DNA from: Sminthopsis crassicaudata | Taxonomy: Eukaryota | NCBI RefSeq assembly: GCF_048593235.1 | Contig: NC_133623.1 | Coordinates: forward strand, 33,782,211-33,846,210 | Direction of reading: 5' to 3' | Length of the DNA stretch: 64,000 nt | In this document: positions 51,763 to 63,400 of the stretch, piece by piece | Position numbering within the stretch: position 1 is the first letter of the stretch | Layout: every line of letters starts with the position of its first letter | Translations under genes and position numbers: made by a program | Notes under the pieces: model-generated | Told to the model about the DNA's origin: nothing | The model's database searches: none | The model's input: the letters and a program-made list of their open reading frames with translations, nothing else

Positions 51763-52700
51763 CCTTGGTGCCTGGTGGAATGTAAACTCCTGTGAAGTCT
51801 GCATCTGTGTCTGCACCCTTTGTGGTTCCACTGCACGTGGACACTTTTGTAATTCTGATTCTCATTATCACCCCAGAATATATGTCCGCCACTGTTTTAG
51901 GAAATGCAGAACTCAATTTTCTCTTGAGTTGGAATGACAAGAGGCAAATCAATGGAAAAGCAAAACATACCAGTATCGGAGCCTCCATAGTCATTTTTCA
52001 TATAGACACAGTCCATATCAGTATAGGTTTTCCATGTCTCAAAGGTGATGGGGACCTGGACTTTCTTTTCAAAACTCAATTTTATTTTACTTTCACTGTT
52101 CCTGTCAAAGCTTTCGCTTGCAGAGAACAGTTCTGCAGGCAGACCAAGTTCTTCTGAAGATGGTTTTAGAAACTGAATAGTCAGTGGATGGTTGAGGGAA
52201 ATCCAAAATCAAGTTTTTTCTCTTCATGAAGTTTGAGGCTAGAAGTGCATTCTCCCAGGTCTAATAAATCAAACTGAAGATCCCCCATGGATTCCCCCTG
52301 GGAATCTGAGAAGACACAGATTGCAGCAAGGGACAGGACCCTTGGAGTTTGCAAACACAACAGTTTTTTTGGTGTGGCCAGAAGAACATTTTCCATCATT
52401 TCGGGTTTTTTTGCTTTGTGCTTGATGCTGAGACACGGTTTAAAATTTCTTCACTGGAATTCATCTTAAGGGCCCAGGAAACCGTTCAGAGGTGGTGAAT
52501 GGACAGGGCAGATTCTCACAGCCATATCCACTGGCACGACAGAACTGGTTAGAGGCCTGGGATCTAACACCTGAATCACTCTGGTGCAACTCACTGGGTA
52601 CTAAGTCAGCCACTCAAGCTTCCAGAACCAGCAGGACTTTCTCACTGGCCCAGTTTTTCTGGGTCAGTGAACCTCCTCCACACTGACTCAGAGCAGACTA
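51763..52700 (-). pseudogene. PPP1R3C: Processed pseudogene of protein phosphatase 1 regulatory subunit 3C (PTG, CBM21 glycogen-targeting subunit), 3'-truncated
   Basis: From 52594: (V)SCTR(V)[40 protein letters not shown]; KKTVVFANSKG (RVxF site); DLQFDLLDL; [15 protein letters not shown]; [28 protein letters not shown]; [36 protein letters not shown]; VQTQM...FHQAP. Stops at 52466-52468 and 52451-52453, several frameshifts, start codon GTG. SCTR joins MIQV with no intron (the eutherian gene, as I recall, has its only intron within codon 5). About 100 nt of putative 5'UTR lies upstream. Confidence 0.95.
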
Positions 52701-53204
52701 GTGCCTTCCCTATACAATTTTGTAAATGAGGAAACAATTAATCATTACCATTTCAGAGGTATTTGAGCTGTCTAGATTTATATAAACACAAAGTTCTTTA
52801 CTGAAAAGAGAACTCAGAGGTCATCTAGTCCAACCTATACTTAAATGACAACCATCTCTACAATGCATACAATTTTTTTTTTGCTTAAAGATCTCTAGTG
52901 AGAGGAAGCCCATTGTATCTCAAGGCAATATATTCCAATTTTAAGTCATAATTTTCATCCTCCAAATGAATTGTGAAGCATTACCTGGATTTAGAAGATC
53001 CTTGCATCAGGAGAATAATTTCTTTATTATAAAGGAAATAAAAAAATCTGTACCCTGACTTCAGTTAGAAAGATGCTAAATATAGATTACATTATTAGCC
53101 ATTGATTTGATCTGAATATTATCGCATTGATAAGAATTTGCTAGAAAGAGTGACTATGCTGTACTTTTCAAGATAACACAATAAGAACCCAGAACATCTC
53201 TTTT

Positions 53205-53550
53205 TGGTCATTCTCCATCATACATCTATTGAATTGACCTGAATTGCCTCATTGTGGAAAAGAGCCATGTCCATCAGAGTTGATCATCACATAATTTTGT
53301 TGTTGCTGCACACATTGTTGTCTTGGTTCTGCTCATTTCACTAGCATCAGTTCATGTAAATCTCTCCAGGCCTTTCTGAAATCGTTCTGCCAATTTTTTC
53401 TTATAGAACATTAGATTTAATTAATTAGAACATAGAACATTTTCTTATAGAGCATTAAGATTCACATATCATAACTTATTCAATTGTTCCCCAAATGATG
53501 AGCATCCATTAAGTTTCCAGTTCCTTGCCACCACAAAAAGGCCTGCTACA
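53205..53550 (-). mobile_element. LINE-1 3' fragment
   Basis: CATTGTGGAAAAGAGCCATGTCCATCAGAGTTGATCATCAC...CCAAATGATGAGCATCCATTAAGTTTCCAGTTCCTTGCCACCACAAAAAG. Confidence 0.85.
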
Positions 53551-53554
53551 AACT

Positions 53555-54290
53555 CAATAAGCATTTATTAAGGAATCATTATGTCCCTGGCACTGTGCTA
53601 AGAGCTGGGGATACAAAGAAAGGCAGAAGATAGCTCCTGCTCTCAAGAACTCATAGAGTAATAGGGAAGACAACTTGTAAACAAATACAAACAAGCTATA
53701 TACACAAAATATTGGAAATAACAGACAGAAGGTACTAAGGTTGGAAAAGGCTTTCTGTAGAAGGTGGAATTTTAGGTGGGACTTGAACAAAGCAGGGGAA
53801 ACCAAGAGCAGAGATGAGAAGGGAAAACATGGACAGCTAGGGAAAATGCTTGAAGATGGAGGGTCTTGCACAAGGAACAGTAAGGAGGCCAATGTTACTT
53901 CCTCACAAAGTCGAGCAATAGGAAAATATAAGAAGATTGGAAACTTAGGAAGAAGCCAAGTTATGAAAGACTGAAATCCAAACAGGATTTCATATTTAAT
54001 TCTATAGGTGATAGGGTGGAAGTTCAATGGATAGGAGAGTGGCATCAGACCCATGCTTTAGAAAGATCAGTTTGTTAGTTGAAAATAAGATGGCATGGAG
54101 TGGGGAGAGATTTGAGGCAGAGAGATCAACTAAAAAGCCTTTTTAAGTTTGAGGTGTCTGAAGCCTGAACAGGAATAAATATAAGAGAAGTTAGGAAAGT
54201 AGACATGAAAGGAGTGGACACCTCGATTAGATATAGGGGATGAGAGATAGTGAGGAGTCAAAAATGACAACTAGATTGTAAGAATAAGTC
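53555..54290 (-). mobile_element. L2 LINE 3' portion
   Basis: TCAATAAGCATTTATTAAGG...CCTGGCACTGTGCTAAG, the antisense L2 tail; accounts for track ORF 53554-54054. Confidence 0.88.
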
Positions 54291-56534
54291 TCTGAGAGTA
54301 TCATGGTTCCCTAAGGCACAATAAGAAGGCTCTTATGGGGACATGTGCATTCAATGCCAAAGGAATTTGGAATGATGCCATGACTCCTTATCCCTGTGAC
54401 TGTGGCAAGGGAAGAGGGGGCTGCATTAAAGAAGGCAGGCCACTGGGCTAAGAAGAGCTAGCCACTCATTAGACTTGGAAGGAAGAGAAGGCTTTTCTAC
54501 CCTAGCTCTTACTTCCTTTTGGATGTGACTTTAAAGAGTTCATTAGGACTTGCCAGGATGGGGGAGGAACTTCAGCCACTCAAGGCAGGCAAAATCAGCT
54601 ACTTATACCTCGATTCCGGGAATACGTGTAAGGGAGCCTGAGATTGGAAATCAATATCCTGACTTCCTCTTCTGCATGGCATCTCCTTCACTTTGCCCAG
54701 ATGACCAGTTATCCAGAGGTTCATGTTCCCACCTTTCATGTGTAGCTCACAGATTCTAGGGGTTTTCAGGAGATGCTATGTTATGAAAGTTCTCAGAGAA
54801 GATGACTACCATTGGGAAGATGGCTTCTACAGCAATGGCAGATACAAAAACAAAAGGCATCCACCACTAAAACTAATATATAAAATTTGCTGGCATCAAC
54901 AAAAACACCGAATGGTGTTTCTTATCCTTGGAGGTCTTTTTATCCATAAACCTGAGCTCTGAGTATACTTGTTATCAGTAGGGATGAAGGGGAAGGAAGA
55001 GTCAGTGGGAAGTACGATATTAACAAAGAACATATGAACAAAATACTTTTTAAAAGTGAACCGTAACAGCGAACTCTACTGCTGTTTGTATAGCACTGAA
55101 ATGTTGAAAGACATAAAGGAAGGCCTCCAGGGCATGGGTAGAGCCTTTATAGAGGATCCATGGGAGGAGATGAACTTGTCCTTTATGTGCCTTACGGAAT
55201 GACAAGTGGCTAATATGATGTGAATGTAAGCTTCCTCAAGGTGTGGACTACTTGCTCAAGAAACACTTAAGCTGAAGATCAGTCACTCTGTTTTTGAGAG
55301 CCAAGTTTTCTTCTGAGGTAGAATGGAGATCAAGGGATAGCCTAAAATTGTAAAAGATCTGAGTTCAGTACTCCACTGCTAATATATTTTATGAATCCTG
55401 ACAAGTCACATAACCTCTTAGTGCATCCAGGAGTTCACTAAGATTTGAAATGTTTCAGTGTATATACATCATTGAAATGTATTAGCTTGTCTGAAAGAGT
55501 AACTATGAAGAGATAGCGTTCAAGATGACACAAGAAACACCCAGAATTCAGAGAATCTCATTAGTCAGGCAAGGAAACAGTTGTAAAGCACCTACTGTGT
55601 GTCAGACACTGGGCCAAGGACAATTCCTGTCAGCTGTTGCCTATTCTCTCTTCATGCTCCCTAAGCTCCTCTAGTCATTGCATTTAGTGATCTAGTTATT
55701 ATGCAACTGACAGAGGGTAAATGGACCTTTTCTTGCTTTCTTTGGTGAGGGTCCCTAAGTTCCAAGTTATACCACCTAGTCACTGCAATTCATAAAAGAA
55801 AGGTTTCCCTTAGGTGATAACATTTGTCACCTTATGTTTACCAGGCAAATATTGGGGTGTAGAGAGTTCTATATATGCTCAGACTCAGCAAAAGCCCTCT
55901 ATATGGAACTCTTCTACATGGGGATTTCTAGGAGTCTAGAGAAGAGTGGAGATTACAATAAGCAAGTGTTGAACTTTTTCTAGTGGTGGTGGTAGAGACA
56001 GCACACCACACTAGCTGCTGAGGATACTGAGACAAGATTAAGCTAGTTCCTATCCTCAAACTGTATGTTTTCAAGGGGTATGCCAGCTGTGTGTAAATAA
56101 CAAATGTTGCTTAACAGGCCTTCAAGCTAGGCTTAGACTGGTAGCCATGTAAGGGAGCCCAAATTGCTAAGGGTCATAGGAATTGCATTTCTTCCCAGTC
56201 TGGGAAAAGAAGAAACTAATATGAGACAACCGAAGGGCAGTTTGGGACTAGAGTAGGAAAAAAGGATCATGCACAGATAAAAAGGCAAAAAACTAGAGCA
56301 GCACTGGGGGACCAACAACAGCTGTGGGCGGGATGACTGGGAAAACTGAAGGAGCAAAGTCTAAGACTGGTTTAGTAGGGCTATTCAGTGACATGGCCAG
56401 CATGCTGAAGGGAAAAAAGAGATAGAAAACGAGGCAGCCTTACTCTCCTTCCCTGCCTTACCTCGATTGGAGACATTTAGCACCCATGTCTAAATGTGCC
56501 CTTTGATTTTGTAAAAATGGAGTCAGACATGCAA

Positions 56535-56651
56535 TGTATGCATATATGTACAAAATATATACATATACACATACATGTGTATGTCACATATTTATATTTA
56601 TGTCATATATATATATATATACACAAAAGGACACAGAGATAAACATTGATC

Positions 56652-56682
<31 letters not shown>

Positions 56683-56715
56683 AAAAATACATATAAACAT
56701 TGATAGAGAGAAATA
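56535..56715. repeat. Compound (TA)n microsatellite with two tandem ~50-bp units
   Basis: (TA)n-CACAAAA...ATAAACATTGAT occurs twice. Confidence 0.85.
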
Positions 56716-57354
56716 TGAATACAGGTAGATGATAGATCTTTAGATAAAGTGGCCTGCCCTGTGTCCCTTTTCTCTCAACACAGGAGAGAAGGAATTTTTC
56801 TAGCAAATGGCTAGGATCCCAAGCTCAGCATGTGAGTTTTCTCTTTTTAACTGAGGCATCATCACAGGCATTCAGATCACAAGTTTAAACCTTTAGTGAT
56901 TGCAGAGGCAAAAATGAGGAAGAAAACATACCCATGTAGTCCAGAGGGACTTTGGGGATCAAGAAAATTCTAGATCAAACCTTGAAGGAAGAAAAGGCCG
57001 TAAGAGGTGGAAATCATTGAGCACATGATAAAATAGATGAAGAGAGACTGGGTGATTTATCTAGGGTCACCCAAGTCAAAGGAGAGGTGCTGGTATCAGA
57101 AGAGAAGAGACTAGCCATGTATTAAATGCCTATGACATCCCAGGCACTGTGCTGAGGATTGTAAAGATTTTATTTCATTTGAGAAATACAAAAGCTCTGG
57201 ATGTGTAGCCCAATGAGTTATGTAGCCAGATCAACTTTTCAGACCCTTTACACTAAGTCATCCTCATTCCCCAGATTCTTAAAAAATGTCATATTGATGG
57301 ATTTTACCTTTAAATGGCAGTTACAGCCCTCCAGGCTGAATCATCCCTTGTGAC

Positions 57355-57770
57355 AAAGAAAAATAGTTAAGCAAAAACATTTCATAATGAGACCATGTCT
57401 GAAAATATATACATAACAACTGTCTTTATAGACTCTACTTTTCTGCTGTGAGGGAAAAAGTATTCACCATTATCTCTTCATTGATTTTCCCATTATTTAT
57501 GGTTCATCTTCCTTTCACCTTAAAATAGTCACTGTGTTTATTGTTCTCATGTTTCTCCTTAATTCAATCAACTTCAATTCATATAAATATTTTCACATAT
57601 CCTTGAATCCTCATAGTCATCATTCTGTTAGTATATAATACTATTTCATTACATTCTATTCTGCAGCTATTTTAGTCATTGGCCAATTAATGGACAGTCT
57701 CCCAGTTGACAATCATTCGCTGCCATAAACAGGGCTGCTATGAATATTTTGTTAAACTGAATTTTTGTTT
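57355..57770 (-). mobile_element. Old LINE-1 3' fragment
   Basis: GACCATGTCTGAAAATATAT...TGCCATAAACAGGGCTGCTATGAATATTTTG. Confidence 0.7.
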
Positions 57771-57774
57771 CTGA

Positions 57775-58010
57775 GGCAGCCTAGGTAGCACAGTGAATAA
57801 AGTATGGTGTCAGGAAGATTCCTCTTCCTGAGTTCAAATGTGGCCTCAGATATTTATTAGCTGTATGACCCCAGGCAAGTTACTCAAGTTTGTTTGCCTC
57901 AGTTTCCTCATCTGTAAAATAAGCTAGGAAAGGAAATGACAAATCACTCTAATATCTTTCTCAAGAAAACCCCAAATGGGCTCACAATGAGAGATACAAT
58001 TGAACAACAA
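57775..58010 (+). mobile_element. MAR1-type SINE
   Basis: GAGGCAGCCTAGGTAGCACAGTG...TGAGTTCAAATGTGGCCTCAGA...CTCAGTTTCCTCATCTGTAAAAT...AAGAAAACCCCAAATGGG. Confidence 0.9.
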
Positions 58011-58084
58011 CAACCACCCCCTCTTTGACTTTCTTGGGAAATATAGAATTGGGGTCAAACTCAAATAGAAAGGGGGACTAAATC

Positions 58085-58290
58085 AGACATGGGCAGCTAG
58101 ATACTTATATCATGAATTCAAAACTGGACTCAGACACTAGTTGTATGACCTTGGACACATCACTTCATCCTGTCTGCCTCAGTTTTCTCATCTGTAAAAT
58201 AAAGGAAATGGCAAACCACTTCAGGATCATTGCCAAGAAAACCCCAAATAAAATCACATTTTGTTGCATATTTCCCAACTAGATGGAGGA
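58085..58290 (+). mobile_element. MAR1-type SINE
   Basis: GGGCAGCTAG...CTCAGACACTAGTTGTATGACCTTGG...GGAAATGGCAAACCACT...GCCAAGAAAACCCC. Confidence 0.85.
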
Positions 58291-60420
58291 TTCTGTGAAG
58301 ACTGCAGAATAGGTCAGCAAATTTCAAGCTCTCCAGATTTCCCCCATAAATACAACCAATTTGAGCCTCAGGGAAAACATAGATTAGTGAAAGATCAAGA
58401 AAACTTGAAGTAAAACAGGGTTTCTCCAGGTACAACCCAGAAAATACAAATAAAGACTTCAGACTTGAGTTCCATCAGTGTGAAGTGCAAACACCCTCAG
58501 GCTAACTCCAGCGAAACACAAAGTGTGGAACACTGGGGCTAGCTGGATGTGGCTGGAACCTCAGCAGGAACACTGAGAACTTTTACCTCCTGAAATGCAT
58601 GAAGAGTTGGGGATCTGAGTCAGATTCCCAGGCTGAGGGAACCTTGGCTGATTATGAATGCCAGGGCCCGCTGTGCTGCAGAGACATGGCCCTAGGATGG
58701 AAAGAACCAGTACACCCAGTAAGTGCAGAGGCAGTAAGGCAGGGATGCTGCTGGCTGTGAGTACTTGTAGGAGGAGGGAGCTTTTCCTTTAGGCTTCCCC
58801 AGGTCAGAGGGAAGAGCTGAAGTGAAGTTAGAGGCACCATCTCCCCACCCCATGATTAGCTTTCACTATTACATCTCTTTAGAAAAATTGAATTGGCAAA
58901 GAAGTCAACCATAAAAAGTGACTATGGGAATAGGGAGAACTGGGGTTCATCTTCAGAGGAGGAGACAAATAAAAAAGCTTCTTCTGTCCCACAGAGTAAT
59001 AGTAAATGGCTCCCTGCCCAGAGATAATTTATAGAAGAACTCAAAAAAGAATTTAAAAATCAAATGAGAGACATTAAGAAAAAACTAAAAAAAAAATCCA
59101 AGAAAAACAAGAAGGTTACGAAAAAAAATTATCCAGCTAAAACAAGAGATAGAGTCTTGAAGATGAAAATAACTCTTTGAAAATCAGAACTGGGCAAGGG
59201 GAAGCCAGTGAAGCTAAGACACCAAAAAATAACAAAACGGTATATAGAGAGTGAAAAAAATAGAACAGAATGTGAAAAATCATAAAAGAAAAACAACAGA
59301 TCTGGAGAATAATTGGACTACCTGAAAGCTGTGACAAGAAAAAGAACCTTGACACAATAATACAAGAAATAATCGAAGAAAATTGTCCTGGAGTGATAAG
59401 ACATGTGGAGAAAGTAGAAAGAGAAAAAGTTCACCACTTCAAAGAGATCCTTTGTGGAAAACACATAGGAATATTACTGCCAGATTTTGAAACCCCCCCC
59501 CCCCAAGATCAAAAAGAAAATCTTTCAAGAAACAAGAAAAAAAAATTCACACACACACTGGAGCTACAAGTAGAATTGTACAGGACTTACACAGCAGCCA
59601 CAATAAAAGACACTAGACTCAGGAATCATATATACTGGAAATCAAAAGAACTAGGCCGGCAGCCAAAAAAATATCATATCCAGCAAAATTATCCATAATA
59701 CTGAGTGAAAAAATATGGACATTCAATGAATTTGCAGGTTTTCAGGACCTTCTTTCAAAGTCAAACTCAATGGAAAATTTAACATATAAGAGCCAATTTC
59801 AAAGATCAATTTCAAGAAACTTCACATGGACAAATTGTTTATGTTTTTTACTTATAATGTATATAATATGTTTAAGACTGACATCAGCAATTGAGTAGCT
59901 CAAAAAAAATTGGGGAACAGGAGCAGAGGAAGAATAGACAGAGAGGCATTAGAGGGGAGAGGAGGGCTCATGGTTCTGAAAAGCTACTCACATCAGGAAT
60001 AGATTAAATACTCAACACTACATATATCCAATGAAAAGCATAGCATCCTCCAAAATCTATAAAGAAATAAGGAGGGAGAGATAGGCAGAAGGGAAATCAA
60101 GGGGTAGGGGGAAAAGACAAAGATCCATGGATGGGGGAAATTAAGTAATAGCAAGGCAAGTTAAGGAGCAGAATAAAAGCATCAACAGAGATAGGGAAGG
60201 TAATGTGAGTATATGTATGTATATATCTATATATGTACACATAAATATATCCTTGCTAAACTGAAGCCTGTTTGGTGGGGGTGAAGGGGACGAAAAGGGC
60301 AAAATAATAAAGCAAAGTGTGCAGCAGAGAACAAAAGAACAATCTACAAAGAAGTAAAGATGGACACATGAATATATTTTCTTCTATTATTTTTCCTTTC
60401 TTGAAGTGGTAATTTATTGT
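58290..60420 (+). mobile_element. HAL1-like (ORF1-only) L1 derivative, decayed
   Basis: 5'UTR, then L1 ORF1-like sequence (ATAATTGGACTACCTGAAAG, GGACATTCAATGAA) and a tail ...GCAGCAGAGAACAAAAGAACAATCTAC, with no ORF2 sequence; about 2.1 kb. Confidence 0.7.
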
Positions 60421-60439
60421 TGTATGCTATAGATCTCCG

Positions 60440-62030
60440 ATATTCTTTTTTTTAAGTGAAAATTTTATGTTGCAATCCATACTTAGTCCCCACAGTCCTC
60501 TCTGGGTACAGATGGCTTTCTTTACCACAAGACCATCCGAACTGGGCTGAATCATCTCATTGTTGAAAAGAGCAAGACCCATAAGAATGGATCATTGTAT
60601 TATCTTACTGTTGCCCTGTACAATCTTCTCCTGGTTCTAATAACTTCACTCATCATGAGTTCATCTAAGTTTCTCCAGGCCTCTCAGACATCATTCTGCT
60701 AATCATTTCTTATAGAGCAATAATATTTCACCACATTCATATTCTATGACTTATTTATTCAGCCATTCTCAAACTGATGGGTATCCACTCAGCATCCAGT
60801 TCCTTGCCACAACCAAAAGGGGTACTACAAACATTTTTGTACAAGTGGGTCTTTTTCCCTTTTTATAATCTCTTTGGAATACAGGCCAATAGATACATTG
60901 CTGGATCAAAGGGTATGTATAGTTTGATAGGCTTTTGGGCTTAGTTCTAGATTGCTCTCCTGAATGGTTGGATCAGTTCAAAACTCTAGTAGCAATGTAT
61001 TAGTGTCCCAGTTTTGCCACATCCCCTCCAACATTCATTATCTTTTTCTGCCATTTTAGCCAATCTGAGAAGTATGTAGTGGTACCCCAGAGTTGTTTTA
61101 ATTCTCTGATAAATAATTTTTTCATATGACTAGAAATAGTTTTTAATTTCTTCATCTGAAAATTGCCTGTTCATATCCTCTCACCATTTATCAATTGGAG
61201 AATGGCATGTATTATACATTTGAGTCAATTCTCTCTATATTTTAGAAATGAGGCCTTTATCAGAACCCTTGGATGTAAAATTTTTTCCCAGTTTACTGCT
61301 TCCTTTCTAATTTTGTTTGTATTAGTTTTGTTTATACAAACCCTTTTTAACTTCATATCCTCAAAATTATCCATTTTGCACTCCAAAAATATGCTCCAGT
61401 TCTTCATTGGCCACAAATTCCTTCCTTCTTCACAGATCATAGATATACACTATTTCCTGTTCTCCAAATTTCTTTATAGTATCACCCTGTATGTCTAAAT
61501 CAGAAATTCATTTCGACCTTATCTTGGTATAGGGTGTTACGTGTTGGTCACTGTCTAGTTTTTGCCAAACTAATTTCCAGTTTTAGCAGCAATTTTTGTC
61601 AAATAGTGAGTCCTTATCCCAGAATCTGGAGTCTTTGGGTTTATCAAATACTATATTACTGTAGTCATTGACTATTATATCTTTTGAAACTGATCTATTC
61701 CATTGATCCACTACTCTATTTCTTAGCCAGTACCAAATTATTTTGGTGACTGCTGCTTTATAATATAATTTTAATTCTGGTACAACTGAGGCACATTCCT
61801 TTGTATTTTTTTTTCATGAATTCCTTGAAATTCTTGACCATTTATTTGTCCATATGAGTTTTGGTATTTTCCTAGTTTTGTAAAGTAATTTCTTGGAAGT
61901 TTGATTAGCATGGAACTAAATAAGTAAATTAATTTAGGCAGAAGTGTCATTTTTATTATATTAGTCCAGCCTGCCCATGAGCAAGTGATATGTTTCCAAT
62001 TGTATAGATCTAACTTTATTTGTGGAAATG
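60440..62030 (-). mobile_element. 5'-truncated LINE-1 (3' half of ORF2 and 3'UTR)
   Basis: Track ORF 61225-61440 CINKTNTNKIRKEAVNWEK; GCTGGATCAAAGGGTATG; poly(T)-led end. Confidence 0.93.
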
Positions 62031-62169
62031 AAAGTTGGGCAGACTACCTTGCCTTTGACAGTCTTTTTAGTTCAGTCATACAGGGAAGGCCATTTCTCAT
62101 CAGCTCACAAGGAAGTTTAAGAAGGGTGGAAGGCCCACATAAACATTTTAGGGAATTGTTTTGCAAAAT

Positions 62170-62935
62170 GGCAAGAAGACACAGAGGATAGAGTCCCAGG
62201 CATGTTGTGAGGAAGAATCTTCTCCCTGAGTTCAAATTCAGCCTCAGTCACTTACTAGCTGTGTGACCTTGGGCAAGTCACTTCACCCTATCTGCCTCAG
62301 TTTCCTCATCTGTAAAATGAGCTGGAGAGGGAAATGGCAAACCTCTCCAGTATGTCTGTCAAGAAAACCCCAAATGAATATTATTGCTCTGTAAGAAATG
62401 ACCAGCAGGAGGAATACAGAGAGGCCTGGAGAGACTTAGGTCAACTGATGCTGAGTGAAATGAGCAGAACCAGAAGATCACTGTATACTTCAACAACAAT
62501 ACTGTATGAGGATGTATTCTGATGGAAGTGGAAATCTTCAACATAAAGAAGATCCAACTCACTTCCAGTTGATCAATGATGGACAGAAATAACTACACCC
62601 AGAGAAGAAACACTGGGAAGTGAATGTAAATTGTTAGCACTAATATCTGTCTGCCCAGGTTGCATATACCTTCGGATTCTAATGTTTATTGTGCAACAAG
62701 AAAATGATATTCACACACATGTATTGTACCTAGACTATATTGTAACACATGTAAAATGTATGGTATTGCCTGTCGTCGGGGGGAGGGAATAGAGGGAGGG
62801 GGGGCAATTTGGAAAAATGAATACAAGGGATAATATTATAAAATATATATATAATAAAAAAAAAAAAAAAAAGAAAACCCCAAATGTTGTGACAAAATTT
62901 GGATGTAACTGAAAAATGACCAATCAAAAAACCAT
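62170..62935 (+). mobile_element. MAR1-type SINE split by a young L1
   Basis: Head and core at 62170-62376; tail TTGTGACAAAATTTGGATGTAACTGAAAAATGAC after 62886. Confidence 0.88.
62377..62870 (+). mobile_element. Young, heavily 5'-truncated LINE-1 (494 bp)
   Basis: Perfect 16-bp TSD AAGAAAACCCCAAATG at 62361-62376 and 62871-62886; poly(A); same subfamily as 1757-2849. Confidence 0.97.
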
Positions 62936-63089
62936 TGCTTTAAAAAAAAAAAAAGGCATGTTCAGGAGAAAGAAATGGAAAAGCTGATATTCAGGGAGTC
63001 TTTTTTAGCCCTCTCTCATTATTCTGCTGTAGATATTCTGTTGTAAACATCACATAGATATCTTATATGAAAATTATTACCTTGGAAAA

Positions 63090-63400
63090 CAAAAGCAACT
63101 TTTCCTTGATAGGAAGAAATAAGAATAGGCAAATTTCAGTGAGAGTGAGAAGCAATTAGACATGTGATCAGAACTGCATTTAAAAATATGACTTAGGCAC
63201 GGAAAGGGGTAAGAGAAGGGGAGAAACTGAATGCAGGAATTCTGATTTAGAGGTAGGCGATCAGAGCCTGGACTATAGTGGCTGCAGTATGGGTAGAGAG
63301 AAGGGATGGAAAGAAGCGATGCTGAGAAGATAAAATCAATAAGCCAAAGAAAGTGATTAGTTGTTAGGGGTGAGGCTGTGGAAAGAACCAAGTCTGACTC
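63090..63400 (-). mobile_element. L2 LINE fragment
   Basis: GACATGTGATCAGAACTGCATTTAAAAATATGACTTAGG...GCCTGGACTATAGTGG, antisense L2. Confidence 0.7.

Noticed and set aside
51497-51994. 165-aa minus-strand ORF that reads like a novel protein; EYLAE recalls bornavirus N (KEYLAE)
   Set aside because: It is a chance fusion of an off-frame part of the PPP1R3C retrocopy with decayed RTE RT sequence. Only five residues match the viral protein and RTE motifs explain the region, so there is no support for an endogenous viral element.
53554-54054. 166-aa hydrophobic ORF
   Set aside because: Lies wholly within a decayed L2; low-complexity translation with no domain.
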